Positions 9,440 through 18,906 of a DNA stretch of 43,865 bases are shown piece by piece. Location: the sequence record DRR723986_7372. One strand, given 5' to 3'. The notes under the pieces were generated by a model. It ran no database searches. It saw only the letters and a program-made list of their open reading frames with translations, and had not been told where the DNA came from. The translations under genes and the position numbers were made by a program. Numbering within the stretch: the stretch's first letter is position 1; every line of letters begins with the position of its first letter.

Positions 9440-10401
9440 CGCGCTGTTTCCCGGGTTGTTTCACCACCGCGAATAACTTCAACAGTGGCTGGTTCGGCCG
9501 TGCGTTGGGTAGTTTGCGCGGGTTTTTTGTTGTCTTTGGTGTTGCCGCTACCAGGCAACATGGCATTGTCGAGCGAAATACCTGCAAAAGCTTTGTCGCT
9601 TGCGGTCAACTCAACCGGAGGTTGGTTTTTGAGCACTTTCCCGTCAGGGCCTTTCACCAACGCGGGTTTGAGTATTGGTTCTGGCAGAGGGTATTTGCTC
9701 ATGTCAGGCAATTCTTCTTCGTCGGGGCTGCGCAACACAACAAACAACTCGCCTTGGGTTTGAGCAATGGCCAAGGTGTTGATGTCGCCAGTGGGTACTT
9801 CCACCATCATGGCTTTCAAGCGCACGGGGCGATTGTTCACGTCTTTTTCATTGGCCGCATTCGTTGTTTCGGGTGCATTCACCAGTTGCGAACCCACCGA
9901 CAGAACGCGCAGCTTGGGCATGATCAAACGAGAAATGGTTTCTTCAATATCACGACTGTTGGATTTGAAGATCGAAAACACATCGACATAGTCACCTGCC
10001 TTGATTTTGGCGGTGGCCACGTTGTTCTCATCCAGACGCAGGGCAAAAGCGCGGTAACCTTCACGCACCTCAGCCGCGACGGCACCCGATTCAAAATATT
10101 GGTTGGTCACTGGCAAGCCTTTGCCAATATTGAACAATGGTTTTTTACCGATCACATCGCCAATGTCCGTGAAGGCGCCACTGGGGGCGATGGCAAATTT
10201 CTCCACCTTCAGCATTTCAGGTGTTACGGGCTTTCCAAACTGAATTTCAACAGTGCTGACGACCACCGGGAAACGCTCGAGTTCGGTTTTGATGGCTTCT
10301 CCGCCCTTCTTCACGTTTTGGCCGGACAAAAAAGCCATGACCATGAAAATCAATCCGATTCCCAATAGCAGCAGTGCGAGTATTTTTGTTTTTCCTGACA
10401 T
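9436..10401 (-). CDS. cpaB: Flp pilus assembly protein CpaB/RcpC (SAF domain)
   Basis: N-terminal TM, SAF-like region, 'GYRAFALR', 'IKAGDYVDV', 'LRVLSVG', 'VLRSP'. Confidence 0.9.
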   Translation of the reverse strand: MSGKTKILALLLLGIGLIFMVMAFLSGQNVKKGGEAIKTELERFPVVVSTVEIQFGKPVTPEMLKVEKFAIAPSGAFTDIGDVIGKKPLFNIGKGLPVTNQYFESGAVAAEVREGYRAFALRLDENNVATAKIKAGDYVDVFSIFKSNSRDIEETISRLIMPKLRVLSVGSQLVNAPETTNAANEKDVNNRPVRLKAMMVEVPTGDINTLAIAQTQGELFVVLRSPDEEELPDMSKYPLPEPILKPALVKGPDGKVLKNQPPVELTASDKAFAGISLDNAMLPGSGNTKDNKKPAQTTQRTAEPATVEVIRGGETTRETAR

Positions 10402-10425
10402 GTCGCGAAGGGCTCCCGGAAGAAA

Positions 10426-10920
10426 TTACAATGCGTCGGTGTTCTGGTACAGAACCACAGCGCTGGCGCTGAGTTGTTCTGGAAAAAAAGTATCTGCAAA
10501 AGGAATGTTGGACAAAAACGGATTCTCGGCGGTGTTGAAAAATCCCCGAAACTCCAGGCAACTCAGGGCTGGGTTGGTACCCGCGCCCAATGCGTTGCCA
10601 CAATCTGCTGCACCGGCCAATTGGTCGGTTGAAAAACTAAATCCTGCCGGATACATCGCGCTGGGCAGGGAATTCAATAACAATTGCCTGGCCGCAGCTT
10701 CTGGGTCGGCTGTGCTTCCTGCAACAGCCACGCTTCGCGCAGCCTGAGATACGGCTGAGCTCAGCGTGTGTTGCACCATGAACAACAGGCTGTAACCCAC
10801 AATCGCAAAAATGACGGTGAGTACAACTGGCAACATCAAGGCCAACTCCACAAGCTGCGCACCGCGCTGTTGTTCAGCGCGGTTGAAGAAAGCAGAGTGT
10901 GCCCGCTTGGCTGTAGTCAT
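10426..10920 (-). CDS. tadE: TadE-family pseudopilin
   Basis: Prepilin site QRG/AQLVELAL, hydrophobic helix, 'AAR' motif. Confidence 0.88.
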   Translation of the reverse strand: MTTAKRAHSAFFNRAEQQRGAQLVELALMLPVVLTVIFAIVGYSLLFMVQHTLSSAVSQAARSVAVAGSTADPEAAARQLLLNSLPSAMYPAGFSFSTDQLAGAADCGNALGAGTNPALSCLEFRGFFNTAENPFLSNIPFADTFFPEQLSASAVVLYQNTDAL

Positions 10921-10941
10921 GATTACTTCATCGCGGGAGTA

Positions 10942-11127
10942 TTACTCTCCGCCACCAGTCAAGGTGTTCACGATGTTGGTGAATGCTGTGTCCAGGCCAT
11001 CACCCAAAGTCGCAAAACCAGCCACTGCAAGTGCTACCACCAAGGCCGCGATTACTGCGTACTCGATCAAGGAGGCACCTTCTTCCTTGCGTTTCAAAAC
11101 CAACTGCTTGTTTGCTGCTTTGCTCAT
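10942..11127 (-). CDS. flp: Flp family type IVc pilin
   Basis: EEG/ASLIEY Flp motif followed by a hydrophobic helix. RBS AGGAG 8 nt before the ATG at 11127. Confidence 0.93.
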   Translation of the reverse strand: MSKAANKQLVLKRKEEGASLIEYAVIAALVVALAVAGFATLGDGLDTAFTNIVNTLTGGGE

Positions 11128-11377
11128 GACATTCACTCCTTTGTGAAAACATCGAACTCTAGGTCGAATTCCCCCATATTAGGGGTACTCCAAATGGATC
11201 AAAACCACAATCAGACTGTGAAATGCACCGTCTATTCACAATTTTGATCCCAAGGGCCACAGCATTCCTAGGGAATTACCCCCAAACTGATTACTCCTTG
11301 TGAGTTACGATAGTAAACCAAGTCTGTGACTTGTTGATTAGTACCATTAGAAACAATTTGCCTTTGGTGAATTATTC

Positions 11378-12094
11378 ATGCAAAAGACCAATTTACCCAG
11401 AGCCCTAATGGGGCCCCTCCACGCTGTAATCGGTTTGGTCACTGGTGGGGTGCCCGTTTCCAAAGAGCCTGGCAAGGCCAAACGTCCGTATGAGCGCTCG
11501 AAAGAGATTACGCAAAAAGCCTGCGCGAAGGCTGCGGCTGTGTCGGGCAGCCTTGCTTTGCCAGTCGGCCCTTTGGGAATGCTCACCGTGCTGCCTGACC
11601 TTGTGATCGTTTGGCGCATCCAGGCGCAGATGGTGGCTGACATTGCCGTGGCATTTGGCCACAAGAAGCCGCTGACAGAACAGGAATTGATGACTTGTCT
11701 TTTTAGTCACGTGGCGGGCACCGCCGTGCGCGAATACGAAAGATCAATCCCGCTGGAGCATGAGGAGAAAACCGGGAAGTCGGTCCTTGATTTGATTGAC
11801 CGCTTTACGCGAAGTGGCAGCCGGGACGTCGCAGTAAGGGTCACCAAACAGATTGGGCAGGTGGTGTTTGAGCGAGTGGCCAAACGCACCGCATCCCGGA
11901 TTGTGCCTTTGGCTGGCGCTGCCGTGGTATCTGCCTATGCGGCGCTGGATACCAAAGAAGTGGCGCGCACCGCTGTTGAAATGTTTTCTGGTGAAAAATT
12001 ACCGGCCCGCAAAAACAAGAAAAGTTATCCACGGCCCGAGGAAATGTTCAATGTGGACAATGTAAAGGACATTCAACCCGACCAAGGGGCTTGA
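11378..12094 (+). CDS. EcsC-like hypothetical protein
   Basis: 'LPDLVIVWRIQAQMVADIAVAFG' and 'RIVPLAGAAV' resemble EcsC-family helices. Confidence 0.6.
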   Translation: MQKTNLPRALMGPLHAVIGLVTGGVPVSKEPGKAKRPYERSKEITQKACAKAAAVSGSLALPVGPLGMLTVLPDLVIVWRIQAQMVADIAVAFGHKKPLTEQELMTCLFSHVAGTAVREYERSIPLEHEEKTGKSVLDLIDRFTRSGSRDVAVRVTKQIGQVVFERVAKRTASRIVPLAGAAVVSAYAALDTKEVARTAVEMFSGEKLPARKNKKSYPRPEEMFNVDNVKDIQPDQGA

Positions 12095-12205
12095 ACGCCC
12101 GCGGGCTCTGTGTAACACTCAACTAGAGCCTCGTGTTGCTCACAAGGCAGTTACAAGGCACCTCGCACTCGCGCAAACTCATCCGTTTCGTGGAGGAAAG
12201 TGGTC

Positions 12206-15200
12206 ATGAATGCCCCTCAGCACCCGCAACATCCCTTACACCGCGCAGTCACACTCAGTGACAAATACACCCTCTCCCAAGGAAAAATTTTCCTCACAGG
12301 CACGCAAGCGCTGGTGCGCCTGATGCTGCTTCAGTCCCAACTGGACCGCATGAATGGTTTGAACACAGGTGGATTTGCGTCGGGTTATCGCGGTTCGCCG
12401 TTGGGTGGTGTAGACCAGGCTTTTTGGGCGGCAAAACAGTTCCTGAAGCCTGCAAATATACATTTTCAGGCGGGCGTGAATGAAGATCTTGCCGCGACTG
12501 CGGTGTGGGGTAGCCAGCAACTCAACCTCTTTCAGGGCGCTACGGTCGACGGTGTGTTTGGCCTTTGGTACGGCAAAGGGCCGGGCGTTGATCGAAGCCT
12601 TGACGTATTCAAGCATGCCAATGCCGCAGGCACATCGAAACACGGTGGTGTGTTGCTGGTGGCCGGTGATGATCATGCCGCCAAAAGCTCCACCTTGCCA
12701 CACCAGTCGGACCATGTGCTGAAAGCGGCCATGATTCCGGTGCTGTTTCCAAGCAACGTGCAGGAAATTCTCGACTTCGGTGTATTTGGGTATGCGATGA
12801 GTCGCTACGCCGGTGTTTGGGTTGGCATGAAGGCAGTGGCCGATGTGGTGGAGTGTTCGGCCACTGTGGATATTGACCCCGACCGACACCAGTTTGTATT
12901 GCCCACTGATTTCGACATGCCCGAAGGTGGTTTGAACATTCGATGGCCCGACACTGCATTGGCGCAGGAAGCCCGATTGCTGGATCACAAGTTGTATGCG
13001 GCGCTGGCTTTTTGCAGGGCCAATGGGATTAATAAAACAGTGATTGATTCGCCCAAGGCACGTTTTGGCATCGTGGCCACCGGCAAAGCATTTCAGGATA
13101 CTTTGCAGGCCTTGAATGATCTGGGATTAAACCCTCAGCGCTGTGCCGAAATGGGTTTACGGGTTTACAAGGTGGGCATGGTGTGGCCGCTGGATGCGGT
13201 GGGCATCCGGGAGTTCGCCGAGGGACTGCAGGAAATTCTCGTGATTGAAGAGAAACGCCAGTGGGTGGAGTACCAGATTAAAGAGGAACTCTACGCATGG
13301 CGCGAGGATGTACGCCCCAAGGTGTATGGCAAGTTTGACGAAAGGCTGTCGGAGGACGGTCGCGAAGGCGGGGAATGGTCATTGCCTCAAGGCAACTGGC
13401 TGCTGCCCAGCCACTACGAGCTGGACCCGGCTTTGATTGCCCAGGCCATTGCCAAGCGCCTGCGACACATGCAGTTGCCTGCCGATATCAAAACCTTGAT
13501 TGATCAACGGATTGCCACCATCGCGCGCAGTCATGAGGTGGGGCATTCAGCACACCCGCCTGTCGAGCGCAAACCGTATTTTTGCTCGGGGTGCCCGCAC
13601 AACACTTCGACAAAGGTACCTGACGGCAGCCGGGCCATGGCCGGCATTGGATGCCATTACATGGCTGTCTGGATGGACCGCAACACCCAAACCTATACAC
13701 AGATGGGCGGTGAGGGCGTACCCTGGATAGGGCAGGCGCCTTTTACACAGACCCAGCATGTGTTTGCCAACCTGGGCGATGGCACTTATTTCCACTCGGG
13801 TATTCTGGCTATTCGGGCCAGCGTTTCCGCAGGCGTGAATATCACCTACAAGTTGCTGTACAACGACGCCGTGGCAATGACGGGCGGACAACACCTTGAC
13901 GGCACGCTTACGGTACCGCAATTGACACGTCAGTTGTCCGCTGAGGGTGTGGCCAAAATCGTCATTGTCAGCGACAACCCCGCCTTGCATTTGCGCGACT
14001 TGCCAGATGATCCCAAAGCAGAGGGCATTGAAGTGTTCCACCGCCGCGATATGGACACCGTGCAAAGATTGCTGCGGGAAATCAAGGGCACCACAGTACT
14101 GGTGTACGAGCAAACCTGTGCCTCGGAAAAGCGACGCAGGCGCAAGCGCACCGACCCGGTCACAGGCCAATTGCAGTTTCCAAACCCGGCCAAGCGCGTG
14201 TTGATTAACCCCCGGGTATGTGAGGGCTGCGGTGACTGCTCCAAACATTCAAATTGTTTGTCGATTGAACCCATATCAACGCCCTGGGGGGTCAAGCGCA
14301 CCATTAACCAATCCACCTGTAACAAAGACTACAGCTGCCTTGAAGGGCTTTGCCCGAGCCTGGTGACGGTGGAGGGTGGGGAGTTGCGAAAGCCCGAGAC
14401 TTCAATGCACCACAGCGCACTGGCCAAAGCCTGCGCCAGCCTGCTTGAGCCTGAATTTAAGGTTCATCCCGATGAACTGGAACAACGCTACGCAGTCTTG
14501 ATCAACGGAGTCGGCGGCACTGGCGTAGTCACGATCGGTGCATGGCTGGGCATGGCCGCGCATTTGCAGGGTATGGAGGCCTTGGCACTGGACATGGCCG
14601 GGTTGGCGCAAAAGGGTGGTGCCGTGTTTTCACATGTGCAGTTTGCACCGGCGGGCTACGCTTTGGCATCTTCCAAAATTCCGGTGGGCGAGGCTGACCT
14701 GATGATTGGCGGCGACCTGGTGGTGTCTGCCCATGAGAAAACATTGGAACTACTCAATGGCGCAGCATTTGCAGTGGTGAACACGGACACGCCTCCTACT
14801 GCCGATTTCATTGCCCAACGCGATTGGTGCGCGCCGGTTGAACAAATGCATTCGGATATTGCACGGGCCCTGAATGATCCCGGGCAGCGTTACACGCCGA
14901 TTCGGGCCCAGTGGTTGGCCCAGAGGCTGTTTGGCGATACCGTGTATGCCAATGCACTGCTGCTGGGCGCCGCCTGGCAACGCGGTTGTTTGCCCTTGCA
15001 TCTCGCCGCTTTGCGCAAAGCCATCGAACTCAATGGCGTGAAGGTGAATGAAAACCTGCAGGCCTTCGATGCTGGCCGGGTGGTGGTGTCAAATCCCGGT
15101 TTGCTTGAGCAGATGCTGGAGAAGAACCTGACACTCGCTGGTCCGCTCGAAAGCGATGACGAGAAATTGGGGCGTTATCAAAATGAATTGACGCACTATC

Positions 15201-15805
15201 AAAACAGTCAACTGGCCGAGCGCTTCAATGTCAGGGTGTTGCCCTTGCGTACCGGGTTTGAGGCGCTTGGTTTGAAGCACCAGTGGATGCGCCTTTGCAG
15301 CACCTACTTCAAATTACTGGCTTTCAAAGACGAGTTTGAGGTGGCCCGCCTGCACACCAACCCCGAGTGGAAACAGCAGACCATGTCGCAATTTGAACCG
15401 GGTGCGAAGTTGTATTTTCACTTTGCCCCCACTTGGCTGGCGGGGCACGGCAGCCGACCACGGAAAATCAGGCTGGGTCCCTGGATTTACCCGGTGCTCA
15501 AGGCCTTGGCGGCTTTGCGCCACTTGCGAAACACGATATTCGATCCATTTAGAGGAAGTTTAGAGCGTAAAAACCAGACTTTACTGGTGGGTTGGTTTGA
15601 AACATGGTTGGAACTGATGCACAATAATCCTTCAATGTTGCAGCACAGCAAACAGATCGATCATCTTCTTGACCTGTTCAATCAGGTGAAAGGATTCGGT
15701 CAGGTTCGTGCCCAATCATTTGAACAAGTGCGGTTCGAGATTCAAAAGTCCGTGGAAAACAAGCACAACCTGGATCAGCATGACCAAAGCAGACAACAAA
15801 CCTGA
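12206..15805 (+). CDS. Indolepyruvate:ferredoxin oxidoreductase family protein (fused single chain)
   Basis: GYRGSPLGG, NEDLAATA, FCSGCPHN, ThDP motif GDGTYFHSG...LYND, ferredoxin CEGCGDC, gamma-like GVGGTGV/GLAQKGG. RBS GGAGG; start is GTG 12200 or ATG 12206. Confidence 0.93.
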   Translation: MNAPQHPQHPLHRAVTLSDKYTLSQGKIFLTGTQALVRLMLLQSQLDRMNGLNTGGFASGYRGSPLGGVDQAFWAAKQFLKPANIHFQAGVNEDLAATAVWGSQQLNLFQGATVDGVFGLWYGKGPGVDRSLDVFKHANAAGTSKHGGVLLVAGDDHAAKSSTLPHQSDHVLKAAMIPVLFPSNVQEILDFGVFGYAMSRYAGVWVGMKAVADVVECSATVDIDPDRHQFVLPTDFDMPEGGLNIRWPDTALAQEARLLDHKLYAALAFCRANGINKTVIDSPKARFGIVATGKAFQDTLQALNDLGLNPQRCAEMGLRVYKVGMVWPLDAVGIREFAEGLQEILVIEEKRQWVEYQIKEELYAWREDVRPKVYGKFDERLSEDGREGGEWSLPQGNWLLPSHYELDPALIAQAIAKRLRHMQLPADIKTLIDQRIATIARSHEVGHSAHPPVERKPYFCSGCPHNTSTKVPDGSRAMAGIGCHYMAVWMDRNTQTYTQMGGEGVPWIGQAPFTQTQHVFANLGDGTYFHSGILAIRASVSAGVNITYKLLYNDAVAMTGGQHLDGTLTVPQLTRQLSAEGVAKIVIVSDNPALHLRDLPDDPKAEGIEVFHRRDMDTVQRLLREIKGTTVLVYEQTCASEKRRRRKRTDPVTGQLQFPNPAKRVLINPRVCEGCGDCSKHSNCLSIEPISTPWGVKRTINQSTCNKDYSCLEGLCPSLVTVEGGELRKPETSMHHSALAKACASLLEPEFKVHPDELEQRYAVLINGVGGTGVVTIGAWLGMAAHLQGMEALALDMAGLAQKGGAVFSHVQFAPAGYALASSKIPVGEADLMIGGDLVVSAHEKTLELLNGAAFAVVNTDTPPTADFIAQRDWCAPVEQMHSDIARALNDPGQRYTPIRAQWLAQRLFGDTVYANALLLGAAWQRGCLPLHLAALRKAIELNGVKVNENLQAFDAGRVVVSNPGLLEQMLEKNLTLAGPLESDDEKLGRYQNELTHYQNSQLAERFNVRVLPLRTGFEALGLKHQWMRLCSTYFKLLAFKDEFEVARLHTNPEWKQQTMSQFEPGAKLYFHFAPTWLAGHGSRPRKIRLGPWIYPVLKALAALRHLRNTIFDPFRGSLERKNQTLLVGWFETWLELMHNNPSMLQHSKQIDHLLDLFNQVKGFGQVRAQSFEQVRFEIQKSVENKHNLDQHDQSRQQT

Positions 15806-16715
15806 CACCAAAGTCACCAAACGCAAGGAAACCAAGCGCTCTGAAAAAGTGTTACCGGATGCTTTGGTGCCCGAGAGCCAGTGGGAAATTTTAGGCCAGG
15901 CCTGCATGGTCAACGGCAAGGCAGTTCGCTTGCGACAATGGCCAACGCGTTATGGCGACATGCCTTCCAAAGAAGACATGCACGAGCGAGTCGATCAATT
16001 GTCAGAACGACTCAATCACTTACTGACCTGCCTGTATGCTCAGGGTGAGCACAAGCTGTTGGTGATTTTGCAAGGCATGGACACCGCCGGCAAGGACGGC
16101 GCAGCCCGAGCCATCATGCGTTCAGTGCACCCCATGGCTTTGCGCATGGTGTCTTTCAAAGAACCCTCTGAGCAAGAAGCAGCCCATGATTTTTTGTGGC
16201 GGGTTCATCCGCACGTGCCTGGCGCGGGCCAATCCGTGATTTTTAACCGCTCTCATTACGACGGCATCATCATGCCGATTATTCAGGACAATGTGTCGAG
16301 CAACTGGATTGAGGAGCGCATTCGTCAGGCCAATGACTTTGAGCGCTTATTGGTCGAGACCGGCACCACGGTCTTGAAGATATTCTTGAATATTTCCCGT
16401 GAAGAACAGCACCAGCGCATGATCGAACGTTGGGAAACTCCTGACAAACGCTGGAAGTTGACTGAAAAAGACCTTCACTGTGGTGAAAACTACAGCATGT
16501 ATGCCAATGCCTATGAACAAGTGCTGGAGAAAACCTGCACCAAGCAGGCGCCTTGGTGGATCATTCCCGCTGATCACAAAGGATTCCGGAACATGTTGGT
16601 GGCTGAAATTTTGGTCGGTACGCTCGAGCGCATGGGCCTGGCTTGGCCCGAGCCCGACCCGGTTGTGGCCAAAAGCGAGTTCTGGAAAAAGCCGTCAACC
16701 GGCCAGGCCACATGA
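15780..16715 (+). CDS. ppk2: Polyphosphate kinase 2 family protein (class III-like)
   Basis: Walker A QGMDTAGKDG, FKEPS, HDFLWR, FNRSHY, KIFLNIS, APWWIIPAD. Likely start is the ATG at 15780. Confidence 0.9.
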   Translation: MTKADNKPDTKVTKRKETKRSEKVLPDALVPESQWEILGQACMVNGKAVRLRQWPTRYGDMPSKEDMHERVDQLSERLNHLLTCLYAQGEHKLLVILQGMDTAGKDGAARAIMRSVHPMALRMVSFKEPSEQEAAHDFLWRVHPHVPGAGQSVIFNRSHYDGIIMPIIQDNVSSNWIEERIRQANDFERLLVETGTTVLKIFLNISREEQHQRMIERWETPDKRWKLTEKDLHCGENYSMYANAYEQVLEKTCTKQAPWWIIPADHKGFRNMLVAEILVGTLERMGLAWPEPDPVVAKSEFWKKPSTGQAT

Positions 16716-16760
16716 CCGTTATCTGGGTTCCCAAACAACATTCGAAAGGGGACTTTTATC

Positions 16761-17147
16761 ATGAATAAAAATACATTGAAACTTGCCGTGCTCAGCAGTG
16801 CCCTGATGTTCTCTGCCTCCGCCATGGCGGTAGGCCTGGGTGTGAACACCGGCGTCGGCGTGAAAGCTGAAGTGCCCGGTGTTTCCTTGAATGCAGACGC
16901 CAAAGCCAAGGCCGATGCCAATGCAAACGCCGATGCTGATTTGAAAGGCAAGTCCAGTGCAGCCGTGAAAGGCGCCAAGTCTCAGGGCGATGAAATGCGC
17001 AGCGAAGCAGGTGCCTTGCATTCTGAAGCCAAAGGCGAAGTAGGCAAGCGTACGGGTCAAATTGAATCCGCTGCGGATGTGAAAGCCAAAGCAGATGTGA
17101 AAGCCGATGTGAAGGCTGGCGGCAAGCTGAAAGCTGACAAGAAGTAA
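16761..17147 (+). CDS. Secreted low-complexity Ala/Lys/Asp/Gly-rich protein
   Basis: Sec signal ending AMA, AGGGG RBS, own terminator, ADAK/ADAN/ADVK repeats. Confidence 0.8.
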   Translation: MNKNTLKLAVLSSALMFSASAMAVGLGVNTGVGVKAEVPGVSLNADAKAKADANANADADLKGKSSAAVKGAKSQGDEMRSEAGALHSEAKGEVGKRTGQIESAADVKAKADVKADVKAGGKLKADKK

Positions 17148-17183
17148 TTCGGCTCCCAATTCAGCTTCCTGAAACGTTGTATT

Positions 17184-17211
17184 CAAAAATGCCCCTGTCG
17201 GGGCATTTTTG
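17184..17211. terminator. Rho-independent terminator (bidirectional type)
   Basis: CAAAAATGCCCC-TGTC-GGGGCATTTTTG perfect stem with A/T tails. Confidence 0.88.
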
Positions 17212-17261
17212 TTGTTCAGGTTCTCTACACTGTCCCTTTCAGATATCAACAAAAAGTAGTC

Positions 17262-18401
17262 ATGAATTTTTCCAGCCTGCGAGAATGGCTTATCGACTTG
17301 GGTCTGCCCAGCCATGTTTTTGCCTACAACACCTGGGTTTATCAGGTTTTCATGGTGGTGTTTCTCACTCTGCTGGTCAGCTACACCGTGGGATTGGTTT
17401 TCAATCGCTTGGGTCGATTCGCAGAAAGATCAAACAATCCCTGGGATGACGTGTTCCTGGAAAGTGCCCGCGAACCGTTGAAAATTCTGATCTGGTTGTT
17501 GGGTATTTCCTGGGCCGCCAAAATTACACACACTGCAAGCAACGCCGAAGTTTTTGAGTTGATCGACCCTGTTCGCAGGGTGGGTGTGATTGTGCTGATT
17601 ACCTGGTTCTTGTTTGGCTTGGCCAAACGATTCGAACTTGCACTTCAAAGCCCGGATAGAGTGAAAGAACCGCTTGATGCCACCACGGCCAGTGCGATTG
17701 GCAAGTTGCTTCGCGCCTCTATTGTGATCACTGCTGCTTTGGTGATTCTTCAAAACCTCGGGTTCAGTATTTCTGGTGTGCTGGCGTTTGGTGGTGTGGG
17801 TGGCATTGCAGTGGGTTTTGCTGCGAAAGATTTGCTGGCGAATTTTTTCGGTGGCCTCACCGTGTACATGGATCGCCCCTTTGTCGTGGGCGACTGGGTG
17901 CGGTCACCTGACAAGAACATCGAGGGCACCGTCGAACACATTGGCTGGCGACTCACGCGCATACGTACCTTTGACAAGCGCCCACTGTACGTGCCCAATG
18001 CCACTTTCAGCACCATTTCACTGGAGAATCCGTCGCGGATGACACACCGTCGAATTCAGGAAACAATCGGCGTACGTCATGAAGACTTGCGACAGGTGCG
18101 CAGCATTGCAGACGCGGTCAAGCGGATGTTGATTGAGCATCCCGAAATTGACGACAATCAAACCCTGATTGTGAATCTGAACCAGTTTGCAGACTCAAGC
18201 GTGAACCTGATGGTGTATACCTTTACGAAAACCACAGTTTGGGTGAAATACCATGAGGTGAAGCAGGATGTATTACTGAAAATCGCCGAAATTATTCAGC
18301 AGCACGGCGCTGAAATTGCTTTCCCCACTACCAGGTTGCACGTGGCCAGCCTGCCGGAGCAATTTGCACAGGCAAGTGTGACCCCCGTCAACCAGCATTA
18401 A
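17262..18401 (+). CDS. Small-conductance mechanosensitive channel (MscS/YnaI-like)
   Basis: GGVGGIAVGFAAKDLLANFFGG, DRPFVVGDW, GTVEHIGWRLTRIRTFD, YVPNA, IAFPT. Confidence 0.93.
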   Translation: MNFSSLREWLIDLGLPSHVFAYNTWVYQVFMVVFLTLLVSYTVGLVFNRLGRFAERSNNPWDDVFLESAREPLKILIWLLGISWAAKITHTASNAEVFELIDPVRRVGVIVLITWFLFGLAKRFELALQSPDRVKEPLDATTASAIGKLLRASIVITAALVILQNLGFSISGVLAFGGVGGIAVGFAAKDLLANFFGGLTVYMDRPFVVGDWVRSPDKNIEGTVEHIGWRLTRIRTFDKRPLYVPNATFSTISLENPSRMTHRRIQETIGVRHEDLRQVRSIADAVKRMLIEHPEIDDNQTLIVNLNQFADSSVNLMVYTFTKTTVWVKYHEVKQDVLLKIAEIIQQHGAEIAFPTTRLHVASLPEQFAQASVTPVNQH

Positions 18402-18892
18402 AGTTTGCGGATTTTCTCGAGCGTGGCGGTGGTGCTGCGCTCATGTTCAAATGCGATTGACAGCGCAGTGCCTCCCCAGCCTTGAACCTCTTTGGCCCCC
18501 ACCATTTTCTCCACCGGCCAATCGCCACCTTTCACCAGCACATCCGGGCGTGCTGCAAGAATGGCGTTCAAAGGTGTGTCCTCTTCAAAGTAAGTGACCA
18601 AGGTCACACACTCCAGTGCAGCCAGCACATGCATGCGGTCAATTTGGGTGTTGATGGGGCGGTCTGGGCCTTTGCCAAGACGTTTGACTGATTCGTCGGA
18701 ATTGACTGCCACGATCAGGCTTTGGCCCTCTTGTGCTGCCTGGTCAAGGTAAGTCACATGTCCACGGTGCAACAAATCAAAAACCCCGTTGGTAAACACC
18801 ACGGGGCCTTTAAGTTGTTTTGCGCGCTCGGCAAGCTCGGCGGGATGGCACACTTTTTTCTCAAAGCGGGCCGGTTTTCCAGTTGTTGTCAT
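18398..18892 (-). CDS. rfaE2: D-glycero-beta-D-manno-heptose 1-phosphate adenylyltransferase (HldC)
   Basis: FTNGVFDLLHRGHV, NSDESVKRL.KG.DRP, PDVLVKGGDW, STT. Confidence 0.93.
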   Translation of the reverse strand: MTTTGKPARFEKKVCHPAELAERAKQLKGPVVFTNGVFDLLHRGHVTYLDQAAQEGQSLIVAVNSDESVKRLGKGPDRPINTQIDRMHVLAALECVTLVTYFEEDTPLNAILAARPDVLVKGGDWPVEKMVGAKEVQGWGGTALSIAFEHERSTTATLEKIRKL

Positions 18893-18906
18893 GTTTAACC
18901 AATCAA

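Noticed and set aside
11137-11377. Sigma54 promoter for flp
   Set aside because: The only TGGC-like -24 element (TGGCCC on minus) lacks a correctly spaced TTGC -12.
16719-17315. 198-aa minus-strand ORF with F/G/I repeats
   Set aside because: Mirror of the repeat protein on the plus strand, which has the signal peptide, RBS and terminator.
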